Shown: positions 32,428 to 41,579 of the stretch, piece by piece | Layout: each line of letters starts with the position of its first letter | Numbering within the stretch: the stretch's first letter is position 1 | Assembly: GCA_017857855.1 (NCBI GenBank) | Contig: JAFMCI010000004.1 | Coordinates: 1,665 to 65,664, forward strand | Length of the DNA: 64,000 nucleotides | Source of the DNA: Bacteroidia bacterium | GTDB taxonomy: Bacteria > Bacteroidota > Bacteroidia > NS11-12g > UBA9320 | Direction of reading: 5' to 3' | Made by a program: the position numbers and the translations under genes | Notes under the pieces: model-generated | What the model saw: the letters and a program-made list of their open reading frames with translations, nothing else | Databases searched by the model: none | What the model was told of the DNA's origin: nothing

Positions 32428-35082
32428 ATGGGAAAATCAATATATAATTATTTGCGCTTGAGCGGTTTAGAGCCAATGGTGCAAACTCCAAATATTAATT
32501 TCATAAATATCGGAGAACGAACAAATGTTACCGGTTCTAAAGCATTCGCTAATCTAATACTCAATAATAAATATGACGAGGCACTCTCTGTGGCTAGATC
32601 TCAGGTAGAAAATGGTGCACAGGTCATAGATGTAAATATGGATGAAGGAATGCTGGATGGCAAAGCCGCTATGGTCACGTTTCTAAACCTAATAGCCGCT
32701 GAACCAGACATTAGTCGAGTTCCTGTGATGATTGACTCTAGTAAGTGGGATATTATTGAGGCCGGACTTAAAGTGATTCAAGGCAAAGGCATTGTAAATT
32801 CTATCAGCTTAAAAGATGGCGAAGAAGCCTTTATTGCCAGAGCAGAAAAAATCAAACGTTATGGAGCTGCCACAGTTGTGATGGCATTTGACGAAAATGG
32901 CCAAGCAGATTCATACGAAAAAAAAATTGCTATCTGTGAACGATGTTACCACATACTCACTCAGAAAGTAAACTTCCCTCCTTCCGACATTATTTTTGAC
33001 CCTAATATTCTCACGGTAGCGACAGGGATTGAAGAGCATAATAATTATGCGGTTGACTTTATAAAAGCAACCAAATGGATTAAAGAAAATTTGCCATATG
33101 CTAAAGTAAGTGGCGGGGTAAGCAATATATCATTCAGTTTTAGGGGGAATAATATTGTACGGGAAGCAATGCACTCTGCCTTCTTATATCATGCTATTCA
33201 AGCGGGATTAGATATGGGTATTGTCAACGCTGGCATGATAGAAGTTTATGAAGAGATCCCAAAAGAACTATTAATCAGGGTAGAAGACGTTTTGCTTAAT
33301 AGAAGAGAAGACGCCACTGAACGATTAGTAGATTTTGCCGAAACAGTCAAAGGAGATGGAAAAAAGATAGTACATGACTTAAGCTGGAGAAATCAAAGTG
33401 TTGAAGAACGACTCAAACACTCCCTTATAAAAGGTATAACAGATTACATAGATGAAGACACGGAAGAAGCGCGTTTAAACTATGCTAAACCCTTACACGT
33501 CATTGAAGGACCGCTAATGGCAGGCATGAACGTAGTAGGAGACTTATTTGGAGCGGGTAAAATGTTCTTACCACAAGTGGTAAAAAGTGCCCGTGTGATG
33601 AAAAAATCAGTAGCTTACCTAAACCCATATTTAGAAGAAGACAAAAGTGAAGGCGATACTCAAGGTAAAATACTAATGGCCACCGTTAAGGGAGACGTTC
33701 ATGACATTGGAAAAAACATTGTAGGCGTTGTATTGGCTTGTAACAATTATGAAATAGTTGACTTAGGCGTAATGGTTCCTGCAAATAAGATTTTAGACGA
33801 AGCTATAAAACATAATGTAGACGTAATTGGGCTTAGTGGACTCATCACTCCTAGTTTAGATGAAATGGTAGATGTTGCTTGTGAAATGGAACGTAGGGGC
33901 ATGAAATTGCCTTTACTTATTGGTGGAGCAACTACGAGCAGAGTACATACTGCTGTTAAGGTGGCACCTCATTATAGCGGACCTGTGGTCCACGTGCTGG
34001 ATGCATCGCGGTCTGTTCCTGTAGCAGGTAAACTTATTGGGCAAAGTACCCGAGAATTATTTGAAGCTGAGATAAAAGCAGAGTATACCGAGTTAGCTAT
34101 ACAGCATGCTGCTCGTCAAGCCGATAAAGTAATTTTACCATGGGGCGAAGCCAATGCTAATAAGTTAAAATTAGATTGGGAAACATATACTCCAGTACCC
34201 CCAACACAACTAGGGATAACTGTTTTTGATGACGTTGATTTAAATGAAATTAGGGGCTTTATAGATTGGACGCCATTCTTCTCTACTTGGGAATTGCGCG
34301 GCAAATATCCAAATATTTTTGAAGATGAATATGTGGGTGAAGAAGCAAAAAAACTTTTTGCTGACGCTAAGGCCATGTTAGAAGACATCATAACACACAA
34401 AAAACTTCAAGCAAAGGCTGTATTAGGTGTATTCGAAGCAAATGAAGAAAATGGAGATGTACATCTTGCCAATGGGACAAAATTTAATTTCTTAAGACAG
34501 CAACGCAAAATGGGGAATGACATTCCTAATCTTTCGCTTGCCGACTATATAGCACCCAAAACCAGTGGCAAAAAAGATTATCTAGGTGCCTTTGCGGTAA
34601 CCGCAGGTATCGGCATAGAGTCACTCATTGACGCATTTGAAGCAGACCATGATGATTATAACTCCATAATGGTTAAGGCAATTGCCGATAGACTCGCAGA
34701 AGCAATGGCTGAATTCATGCATCAAAAAATACGAAAAGATATTTGGGGGTATGCTGCAGATGAAACGCTAACTAATGAAGAACTCATCTATGAAAAATAC
34801 CAAGGTATACGTCCCGCAGCGGGTTATCCTGCAAGTCCTGATCATACAGAAAAAGAAACGTTGTGGAAACTATTAGACGTGGAGAATAACACGGGAATTA
34901 GCCTTACTGAAAGCTATGCTATGTATCCTACTGCATCTGTTTCTGGATTATATTTTGCTCATCCAGAAGCTAAATACTTTGCGGTAGGAAAGATAGATAC
35001 GACTCAAGTAGCTGATTATGCCGAACGAAAAGGTGCTGATTTCAATGCTACCCAAAAATGGCTTGGTCCTAATTTATTTTAG
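32428..35082 (+). CDS. metH: Cobalamin-dependent methionine synthase lacking the homocysteine-binding domain (pterin-binding, B12-cap/B12 and AdoMet-activation modules)
   Basis: It starts at LRLSGLEP...[17 protein letters not shown], the linker and pterin-binding domain start of E. coli MetH (about residue 350). The B12 motif [11 protein letters not shown] and a C-terminal activation domain are present. Length is 884 aa versus ~1227 aa for full-length MetH. Confidence 0.9.
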   Translation: MGKSIYNYLRLSGLEPMVQTPNINFINIGERTNVTGSKAFANLILNNKYDEALSVARSQVENGAQVIDVNMDEGMLDGKAAMVTFLNLIAAEPDISRVPVMIDSSKWDIIEAGLKVIQGKGIVNSISLKDGEEAFIARAEKIKRYGAATVVMAFDENGQADSYEKKIAICERCYHILTQKVNFPPSDIIFDPNILTVATGIEEHNNYAVDFIKATKWIKENLPYAKVSGGVSNISFSFRGNNIVREAMHSAFLYHAIQAGLDMGIVNAGMIEVYEEIPKELLIRVEDVLLNRREDATERLVDFAETVKGDGKKIVHDLSWRNQSVEERLKHSLIKGITDYIDEDTEEARLNYAKPLHVIEGPLMAGMNVVGDLFGAGKMFLPQVVKSARVMKKSVAYLNPYLEEDKSEGDTQGKILMATVKGDVHDIGKNIVGVVLACNNYEIVDLGVMVPANKILDEAIKHNVDVIGLSGLITPSLDEMVDVACEMERRGMKLPLLIGGATTSRVHTAVKVAPHYSGPVVHVLDASRSVPVAGKLIGQSTRELFEAEIKAEYTELAIQHAARQADKVILPWGEANANKLKLDWETYTPVPPTQLGITVFDDVDLNEIRGFIDWTPFFSTWELRGKYPNIFEDEYVGEEAKKLFADAKAMLEDIITHKKLQAKAVLGVFEANEENGDVHLANGTKFNFLRQQRKMGNDIPNLSLADYIAPKTSGKKDYLGAFAVTAGIGIESLIDAFEADHDDYNSIMVKAIADRLAEAMAEFMHQKIRKDIWGYAADETLTNEELIYEKYQGIRPAAGYPASPDHTEKETLWKLLDVENNTGISLTESYAMYPTASVSGLYFAHPEAKYFAVGKIDTTQVADYAERKGADFNATQKWLGPNLF

Positions 35083-35229
35083 CCGCATAAATAAATGGTA
35101 GTGTCTTCCATAAACAAATATGTTCCTTAATACATTTTTAACCACACACTGATCTGTTTAAAGCTATTTTTTTATTTTATTCTTTTAGTTTCTAAACACT
35201 TATACCCTCATCTTTGTATACTTAATTAG

Positions 35230-36333
35230 ATGAATATAGGAATTGTATGTTACCCAACTTATGGGGGCAGTGGTGTAGTTGCCACTGAACTTGGCAAGGC
35301 ATTAGCTATCAAAGGAAACAATGTACATTTTATATCCTATGATCAACCTGTTAGACTAGACGCATTTGCTCAAAACATCTACTACCACGAGGTCAGTATT
35401 AATAACTATCCCTTATTTAAGTACGCCCCATACGAGATAGCGCTAACTAGTAAGATAGTTGACATTGTAAAAGCACACAAAATAGAAGTTTTGCATGTTC
35501 ACTATGCTATACCGCATGCTGCTGCTGCTGTTACAGCCAAACATATATTAGCCCGTGAAGGAATTAATCTTAAGATAATTACAACGCTACATGGTACCGA
35601 TATAACTTTAGTTGGGAAAGATAAATCTTACGAACCCGTAGTTACCTACTCACTTCAAGAGAGTGATGTGGTTACGGCAGTCTCAGAGAGCTTAAAAAAA
35701 GATACCTATTCGTTTTTTAACTACAGTGGAGAAATATACGTAGTACCTAACTTTATAGACTTTGAGCGATTCAATAAGCAACCGAAAGATCACTTTAAAA
35801 AAGGGATTGCTCCGAATGGCGAAAAAATTTTGGTGCACACTTCTAATTTTAGAAAAGTAAAAAGAGTACCGGATGTACTCGATATTTATCGAAAAGTAGC
35901 TTCCAAAATACCTGCAAAACTTCTTCTTATTGGAGATGGACCAGAAAGGGCCAGCATTGAGGAAGAATGCCGTAATTGTGATATATGTTCTGATGTAATT
36001 TTTCTTGGTAAACAAGAAGCAGTTGAAGAAATATTAAGTGTGGCAGACCTATTCCTTATGCCTTCCGAAACCGAAAGTTTTGGTCTCGCAGCACTGGAAG
36101 CCATGGCTTGTGAAGTGCCTGTAATAAGCACGAATACAGGAGGTTTACCAGAAGTAAATATTGACGGAGTAACCGGTTTTATAAGCAATATTGGCGATAC
36201 GGAAAAAATGGCGGCTGATGCGCTAACCATTCTTCAAGATGATAACCTTACGCTATTCAAAGCGAGAGCAAAAGAGCATTCATTAAAATACAAATTAAAA
36301 AACATACTCCCTTTATACGAGGCGCTATACTAA
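35230..36333 (+). CDS. bshA: N-acetyl-alpha-D-glucosaminyl L-malate synthase (bacillithiol biosynthesis GT4)
   Basis: MNIGIVCYPTYGGSGVVATELGKALAIKGNNVHFISY at the N-terminus and the GT4 motif ESFGLAALEAMACEVPVISTNTGGLPEV are characteristic of BshA. Confidence 0.75.
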   Translation: MNIGIVCYPTYGGSGVVATELGKALAIKGNNVHFISYDQPVRLDAFAQNIYYHEVSINNYPLFKYAPYEIALTSKIVDIVKAHKIEVLHVHYAIPHAAAAVTAKHILAREGINLKIITTLHGTDITLVGKDKSYEPVVTYSLQESDVVTAVSESLKKDTYSFFNYSGEIYVVPNFIDFERFNKQPKDHFKKGIAPNGEKILVHTSNFRKVKRVPDVLDIYRKVASKIPAKLLLIGDGPERASIEEECRNCDICSDVIFLGKQEAVEEILSVADLFLMPSETESFGLAALEAMACEVPVISTNTGGLPEVNIDGVTGFISNIGDTEKMAADALTILQDDNLTLFKARAKEHSLKYKLKNILPLYEALY

Positions 36334-36372
36334 ATATGCGGCAAGCTATGTTAATCAACTAGCCTTTTCACC

Positions 36373-36894
36373 ATGAGATTTATCTTACTACTATTATTCT
36401 GGTCCATCGTGGGAAATCTTGTTGCACAAACAGATTCTTTAGAAAATGTAAAATCAATGAATTTGGATAGCACTGAAATAAAAAATATTTGTGCTAAGCT
36501 CCAGATTCCCAATAATCTGGAGGCAAATAATGATCTGTTAAACTTTATCACGGATTGGATAGGAACTCCTTATTGCTACGGCGGAGAGACCAAAAAATGC
36601 ACCGATTGCTCTGGTTTTACTACCAATTTATATATGACAATTTTCGGAAAAAATATACCCCGCAGCTCTAGAGATATATTTAATAATTGTTTGCCTATTT
36701 CAAAACACGCTTTATATGAAGGAGATTTAGTATTCTTTGCTACATCAGGAGGATCTAAAATATCACACGTTGGTGTCTATCTTTGGGATGGATTCTTTGT
36801 GCATGCAAGCACTAGCCGCGGCGTAATTATAAGCAACTTAAAACAAGGCTATTACCGAAAAACGTACGTTAGTGGTGGAGCTTGGCTTGATTAA
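36373..36894 (+). CDS. NlpC/P60 (C40) family peptidoglycan peptidase
   Basis: Signal peptide, catalytic Cys context DCSGFTTNLY, and His context ISHVGVYLWDGFFVHAS. Confidence 0.8.
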   Translation: MRFILLLLFWSIVGNLVAQTDSLENVKSMNLDSTEIKNICAKLQIPNNLEANNDLLNFITDWIGTPYCYGGETKKCTDCSGFTTNLYMTIFGKNIPRSSRDIFNNCLPISKHALYEGDLVFFATSGGSKISHVGVYLWDGFFVHASTSRGVIISNLKQGYYRKTYVSGGAWLD

Positions 36895-37003
36895 AAAAAA
36901 ACTAGTTTACTGATTAAATTTTATCTAAACTAAAGGTTTAGACTTGTGCTTCAAAACATTTGTAGTCAATTTAATAGGCGTCCTATTTGAATCTGATTAT
37001 TGC

Positions 37004-37594
37004 CTACTTGTTAATCGTAAATTCTACGTCAGAAGTAGCATCAATGGTGAAGAATTGCACGGGGATTTGTGTCGTAAAACTACCTGAGAAGATTATTTCA
37101 CTGCTCGTACTGCTCAACACGGCAATAGGTTTTCCGCCATCATCCGTTAAAGTGATTTTGCCGTTCGTTTCCACCCAAGTGCCAGCAGAAGTTTGTTTAT
37201 TAACTGGCGCCGTTTGAGCTTGACTTTGTCCCCCAAGTACCGCATCAATGTTGGCTGTAAAAGCAACCTCTGTACTATATCTATTTGGTTTTTCGGTAAT
37301 TACAACCTTACCTACTATATCTGTTCCTTTACCGGTAAAGGTTCCTACATCATTGCCCATAACATTTAAAATACCATTTTTTAAATCTATTTTCGTATAG
37401 TTCCAGGTACCAACATAAGGACTGACTTTAACCTCGCCTCCACCAGTTCCACCTCCTGTTCCAGTGGTATCTTTTGTAGTATCATCTATTATCGGCAATG
37501 GCGGTTTTTTACAACTTTGAGATCCAAAAACAAATAAAGTTACGGCGATGATTAGAAATATATTTTTCATTAAAGTAGAGCTAAAATAATACAT
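37004..37594 (-). CDS. Hypothetical lipoprotein
   Basis: Lipobox-like FGSQSC, a Gly/Thr-rich linker (TGTGGGTGGGE) and a predicted beta-rich mature domain. No family recognised. Confidence 0.5.
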   Translation of the reverse strand: MYYFSSTLMKNIFLIIAVTLFVFGSQSCKKPPLPIIDDTTKDTTGTGGGTGGGEVKVSPYVGTWNYTKIDLKNGILNVMGNDVGTFTGKGTDIVGKVVITEKPNRYSTEVAFTANIDAVLGGQSQAQTAPVNKQTSAGTWVETNGKITLTDDGGKPIAVLSSTSSEIIFSGSFTTQIPVQFFTIDATSDVEFTINK

Positions 37595-37596
37595 TT

Positions 37597-38322
37597 TTAC
37601 TTATTCCAAATCTCCCAGGATTTATCTGCTTGTATTTCAAGCATTTCCAATCCGTTTTCAATCTTAGCTCCTTGCTTTTTTGCCTTTTGGAGAAATACGG
37701 TTTCTGCTGGCGTATATATCAAATCAAAACAAACGTGTTTTTTAGCAATGGCAGAATAGGGAATATTAACACATTCATCAATACTAGCAAGACTGCCCAG
37801 CGGTGTAGTATTAATTAAAAGATTATGTTCTTTGATATCCTCTTCCGTTAAGTCCATGTACGAGAAGTCTACTAGATTACCGCGCGACACCGTCGCGTGA
37901 GGTATTCCAAGTTGCTTTAGCGCGTATCTTACCGCATTTGAGCTGCCACCCGTACCAAAAATGAGTGCGTAGTTAAAATAAGGATGCAAGTGCTTTCTGA
38001 TGCTATTTCTAAAACCTATAAAATCTGTATTATCACCTATCCAACCATTATCCGTTACTGTAACGGTGTTCACAGCGTTCATGGCTTTAGCTGCTTCGCT
38101 TATTCCCGTAAGGAAGGGTATTATCTCTTGTTTAAAGGGTATCGTAACATTAAAACCCAGTAAATTTTCATCCTTGACTAAATCCTTAATACCCGATAAG
38201 TTCTCCATTTCATAAGCTTTGTATTGACAATCTGAAAGTCCGAGTACCTCAAATTTTTGTTTAAAGTAACGGGGAGAAAAGGAATGCTTTACGGGAAATC
38301 CTATTACACCATAATTTCTCAT
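37597..38322 (-). CDS. aroE: Shikimate dehydrogenase
   Basis: GVIGFPVKHSFSP, FNVTIPFKQ and the nucleotide-binding GTGGSSNAV motifs. Length 241 aa. Confidence 0.85.
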   Translation of the reverse strand: MRNYGVIGFPVKHSFSPRYFKQKFEVLGLSDCQYKAYEMENLSGIKDLVKDENLLGFNVTIPFKQEIIPFLTGISEAAKAMNAVNTVTVTDNGWIGDNTDFIGFRNSIRKHLHPYFNYALIFGTGGSSNAVRYALKQLGIPHATVSRGNLVDFSYMDLTEEDIKEHNLLINTTPLGSLASIDECVNIPYSAIAKKHVCFDLIYTPAETVFLQKAKKQGAKIENGLEMLEIQADKSWEIWNK

Positions 38323-39275
38323 GATGCTTTTACACTATACTTATTCATGAGGTAAATAATCCCAATAGCAACAAGCATAAGGGTAGTAGCTCCCCCTAAA
38401 TGCGGATCGTTTCCATATAAAAAGTTTTCTGATAGTTTAGTAAAAGTAGAAGGAAGCACACTTTCTGAAAACAGCACTTTTTCTACTCCTTTGCTATTCA
38501 TTCTGGTTTCCAACACCTGTTGCCAAGGCCAGACTTTATTAAGCGAACCTATTAAAAATCCTGTAAGTAAAGCCATTGTAGGATTTGGATATTTTTTAAA
38601 CGTAAAGGTAAGCACGCGTGCAAAGCTCAGAAGTCCTACAATCATTCCCACTCCAAATACTATTACGACTATAGTACTTGGCCCAAAAGGGTTATGGGTA
38701 CTTTCCTCTACCGCAGGCATTATGATGGTATACATTCCCATAAGCAAAAGCACAAAACTCCCCGATAAACCAGGTAACATAAGCGCAGAAACACCAATTA
38801 CACCCGCCACAAAAACCATGAGTAAATGCTCACTTCCTTGTGAAGGCGCCGCAACAGTTACCCAATAAACTAGCACTGTGCCCACTATCGCAAGCACCAT
38901 TTCTAATAATCCCCATTTTTTTACTTCCTTTCCTATCATAGGGATGCTGGCCAAAATTAAACCAAAGAAAAAGCTCCAAATAAGTACCGGATGTGTTTCT
39001 AGCAGACCTACTATTATTTTAAGCCCCAGTATAAAACCCAAGGCCATACCCGAGAGTAACTTGACTAAAAAAGTGCCATCCATTTTTTGCCACACAGCTT
39101 TGACACCTCCATCCTTAAAAACAGTAATCAAATCTACATTGATAGCACTAATCGCATTGAGCAATCGCTCATAAATTCCGGTGATAAATGCTAAGGTTCC
39201 TCCAGATACGCCGGGAATAACTTCTGCTACACCCATAGCCGCACCCTTTAGCATTGTTTGAATGGTTTCTTTCAT
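38319..39275 (-). CDS. DUF368 family membrane protein (PopT-like polyprenyl-phosphate transporter family)
   Basis: Duplicated signature EVIPGVSGGTLAFITGIYERL and LPGLSGSFVLLLMG in a polytopic membrane protein. It overlaps aroE by 4 nt. Confidence 0.8.
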   Translation of the reverse strand: MKETIQTMLKGAAMGVAEVIPGVSGGTLAFITGIYERLLNAISAINVDLITVFKDGGVKAVWQKMDGTFLVKLLSGMALGFILGLKIIVGLLETHPVLIWSFFFGLILASIPMIGKEVKKWGLLEMVLAIVGTVLVYWVTVAAPSQGSEHLLMVFVAGVIGVSALMLPGLSGSFVLLLMGMYTIIMPAVEESTHNPFGPSTIVVIVFGVGMIVGLLSFARVLTFTFKKYPNPTMALLTGFLIGSLNKVWPWQQVLETRMNSKGVEKVLFSESVLPSTFTKLSENFLYGNDPHLGGATTLMLVAIGIIYLMNKYSVKAS

Positions 39276-39285
39276 AAAATTTGGA

Positions 39286-39293
39286 CAAATGTA
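39286..39293 (-). promoter_or_regulatory. Bacteroidota -7 promoter box TACATTTG
   Basis: Exact TAnnTTTG on the minus strand, 10 nt upstream of the DUF368 ATG (39275). Confidence 0.45.
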
Positions 39294-39333
39294 CTAACTC
39301 ATTGTTAGTTCCGTTTTACTTTCGCGCTACCGA

Positions 39334-39462
39334 ATGAAAAAAACCTTTGCTATTCTTTTATTGGGCTTAAGCCTAATTTTGATTTTTGACAGCTGTAAAG
39401 CTAAAAAAAGGTACAGATATAATGGCCCAAGCAGAGGTTGTGACTGCCCTACAGGCCGTTAA
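39334..39462 (+). CDS. Candidate 42-aa Cys-rich small lipoprotein (not in the ORF track)
   Basis: ATG 39334 to TAA 39460-62 encodes MKKTFAILLLGLSLILIFDSCKAKKRYRYNGPSRGCDCPTGR. It has a classic K-rich n-region, a hydrophobic core and a Cys, followed by a basic tail with a CDC motif. A 7/8 promoter box (TACTTTCG) lies 9 nt upstream. Confidence 0.35.
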   Translation: MKKTFAILLLGLSLILIFDSCKAKKRYRYNGPSRGCDCPTGR

Positions 39463-39464
39463 TA

Positions 39465-40589
39465 CTAGCCTAGATTCAACTTACGCTTTCCCGAAGTGAA
39501 ATGCCATCTTAGGTAGTTTTCCATGGTAACATCCAACTTGTTGGGGTGTACATTGTAGTTAAATCCTAGTCGGTTTAAAAACACCAAGTGTTTCCCAATA
39601 GTTACTTCATAGCCCACTCTCGCTCCTATCATCTTGCGGTAATTATGAATTACAGGATAACTTTTATTGCCAACCGAATGATATAGCTGCTCTCCCCACG
39701 GTGCTTGAAACTGGTAACTATCCCAATAGTTAAGGACAAACTGATATTCTTTATGGGTTAATCTAAGTACTCCTAACTGACCTACCCCGTCTATAATCCC
39801 ATGTACTTTGTCATTGCTTCTGTCTTCATAAAAAGCAGCATGACCGGCTACAAATAAGTTTGTATGTTCATTGAAAAAGTGCGTGTATTCCAGTCCATAG
39901 GCGAAATTATATTCTACAGAATTTGGGGTGCTATTTACGTCTATTTCACCTGCGCTGTGCACTGTCATTCCTTGTGCGTTTAAGCTTAATTTATTTTTTG
40001 CATTATGTATAGGATTAAGATAAACGTTATACCCCGCCACAAAACGCTCATTTTTTGTGTCTTTGTCGTATATCATATCGTGCCAATCTATCCAAGCGTC
40101 ATACGTTAGTACTTTACCTGGTTTGGTGATTTGTAATCCTTGTTCAAAACGGTCTGTTATCACTTTCTCATAATCATACAGCGGCTCTATCATTTTGTGC
40201 TGCAAGGTTCCGTTCAAACTACCGAAAATGATGTTGTGTTTTAGCACCCCTTCATACGTAAATTTAAAATAAGGCTCAATGCTTTTAATGTCTGGATTAC
40301 CAAAATCATATCGCATGTTAAAACCTCCGTAAATTTGAGCTTTTTCATTAAATGAATATTGGATATACGGCAATATTTGAACCCCAATGTAAGTAGACCC
40401 TTTATCTATTCGCGAAAGATACTCCGCATTGCGGAAGTAGCTCATTTGGTCTACATGCACCAACATGTGTGAAGAATCAATGCTATGTTCGTACTTGTCA
40501 TTATCAAAAAATGAATTTTCATATTGACCGAAGACATTGATGCACAATATCAGACCGACCAGAACACCTGAGAATTTATTAAATAGCAT
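39465..40589 (-). CDS. Hypothetical outer-membrane beta-barrel-like protein
   Basis: Signal peptide (LILCINVFGQ), abundant alternating aromatic/polar strands and many Tyr/Asn/Gly turns. No family recognised. Confidence 0.45.
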   Translation of the reverse strand: MLFNKFSGVLVGLILCINVFGQYENSFFDNDKYEHSIDSSHMLVHVDQMSYFRNAEYLSRIDKGSTYIGVQILPYIQYSFNEKAQIYGGFNMRYDFGNPDIKSIEPYFKFTYEGVLKHNIIFGSLNGTLQHKMIEPLYDYEKVITDRFEQGLQITKPGKVLTYDAWIDWHDMIYDKDTKNERFVAGYNVYLNPIHNAKNKLSLNAQGMTVHSAGEIDVNSTPNSVEYNFAYGLEYTHFFNEHTNLFVAGHAAFYEDRSNDKVHGIIDGVGQLGVLRLTHKEYQFVLNYWDSYQFQAPWGEQLYHSVGNKSYPVIHNYRKMIGARVGYEVTIGKHLVFLNRLGFNYNVHPNKLDVTMENYLRWHFTSGKRKLNLG

Positions 40590-40694
40590 TAAAATGTATT
40601 AGAATTAAATGCAAATAAGCAACTTTGTAGCGTTATATCATAGCAATACGTCTATTGGCATATTAATTGTAACCCTAGCTAGACACAGAGTAAT

Positions 40695-41489
40695 ATGAAC
40701 CAATTAAAATTTTTATCGCTTATCTCTCTCCTTGTATTAAGCAGCTCTTATATCTCAGAGAGTACTCAATACACTCAACTTCGTGTTACTAAAAACATTG
40801 CCTTTACCTATGGGGAAGAACTAAAGTATAGGGTACACTACGGGTGGATAAACGCTGCAGATATAAGTGTTACCGTAGATGCTAAACCCACTATGATCAA
40901 AGGAAGACCGACGTTTAAAGTATCTGCCTTTGGCAAAACCTATAAATCGTTTGATTGGGCCTTTAAAGTACGCGATAACTTTGTAAGCTATATTGACAGT
41001 CAGAGTGTTGCCCCGCTCAAGTACTGGAAAAAAGTGCAAGAAGACAACTATAAAGACGAAGACTTGGTGTATTATGACCATGAAAAAAAATGGTTAACCG
41101 GCAAAAAAAAGAATATGGAGATGCCAGCCTACTTACAAGATATTGTAAGTGGTATTTTCTACGCACGTACTATTGATTTTAGCAAGGCTACCGTAGGACA
41201 ATCATTCCCATTAGACATTTATCTGGATCAACAGATATACAATCTACAGTTTAAATATATGGGTACCGAAACCATCAAAACGGATTTAGGAAAAATAAAC
41301 TGTTACAAGCTAAGACCACAGCTGGTCGTAGATCGTGTTTTCAAAGATGAGGACGACATGACTATTTGGGTGAGTGCCGATGCCAATAAAATACCCGTTC
41401 GTGTAGAAGCAGCTATTTATGTGGGCAGTGTAAAGATAGATATTACAAGTGTTAGCGGTTTGAAGAATGCTTTTACAAGTAAGCGATAA
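40695..41489 (+). CDS. DUF3108-like secreted protein
   Basis: Signal peptide, then GEELKYRVHYGWINAADISV... and a C-terminal IPVRVEAAIYVGSVKIDI, as I recall for DUF3108 proteins. Confidence 0.55.
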   Translation: MNQLKFLSLISLLVLSSSYISESTQYTQLRVTKNIAFTYGEELKYRVHYGWINAADISVTVDAKPTMIKGRPTFKVSAFGKTYKSFDWAFKVRDNFVSYIDSQSVAPLKYWKKVQEDNYKDEDLVYYDHEKKWLTGKKKNMEMPAYLQDIVSGIFYARTIDFSKATVGQSFPLDIYLDQQIYNLQFKYMGTETIKTDLGKINCYKLRPQLVVDRVFKDEDDMTIWVSADANKIPVRVEAAIYVGSVKIDITSVSGLKNAFTSKR

Positions 41490-41516
41490 TTTGAATTTAA
41501 CAGTATAAAAGGATAC

Positions 41517-41556
41517 AAAAAGTCTGCAATCATAAAATTGTGGACTTTTCTTATTT
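41517..41556 (+). terminator. Intrinsic terminator
   Basis: AAAAGTCTGCAAT-(cataaa)-ATTGTGGACTTTT forms a 13-bp stem (two G-U pairs) followed by a T-rich tail (CTTATTT). Confidence 0.65.
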
Positions 41557-41579
41557 ACATACCTTTACCGCTTTAAATA

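Noticed and set aside
35692-36230. Minus-strand ORFs of 107 and 114 aa inside bshA
   Set aside because: They are antisense to a well-supported GT4 gene and have no independent signals.
36924-36942. Hairpin TCTAAAC-taaag-GTTTAGA downstream of the NlpC/P60 gene as a terminator
   Set aside because: The 7-bp stem is AT-rich and no U-tract follows. This is insufficient to call.
38491-39174. Plus-strand ORFs of 125 and 98 aa overlapping the DUF368 gene
   Set aside because: They are antisense to a membrane protein with the duplicated DUF368 signature. Their composition is typical of the reverse frame of hydrophobic genes.
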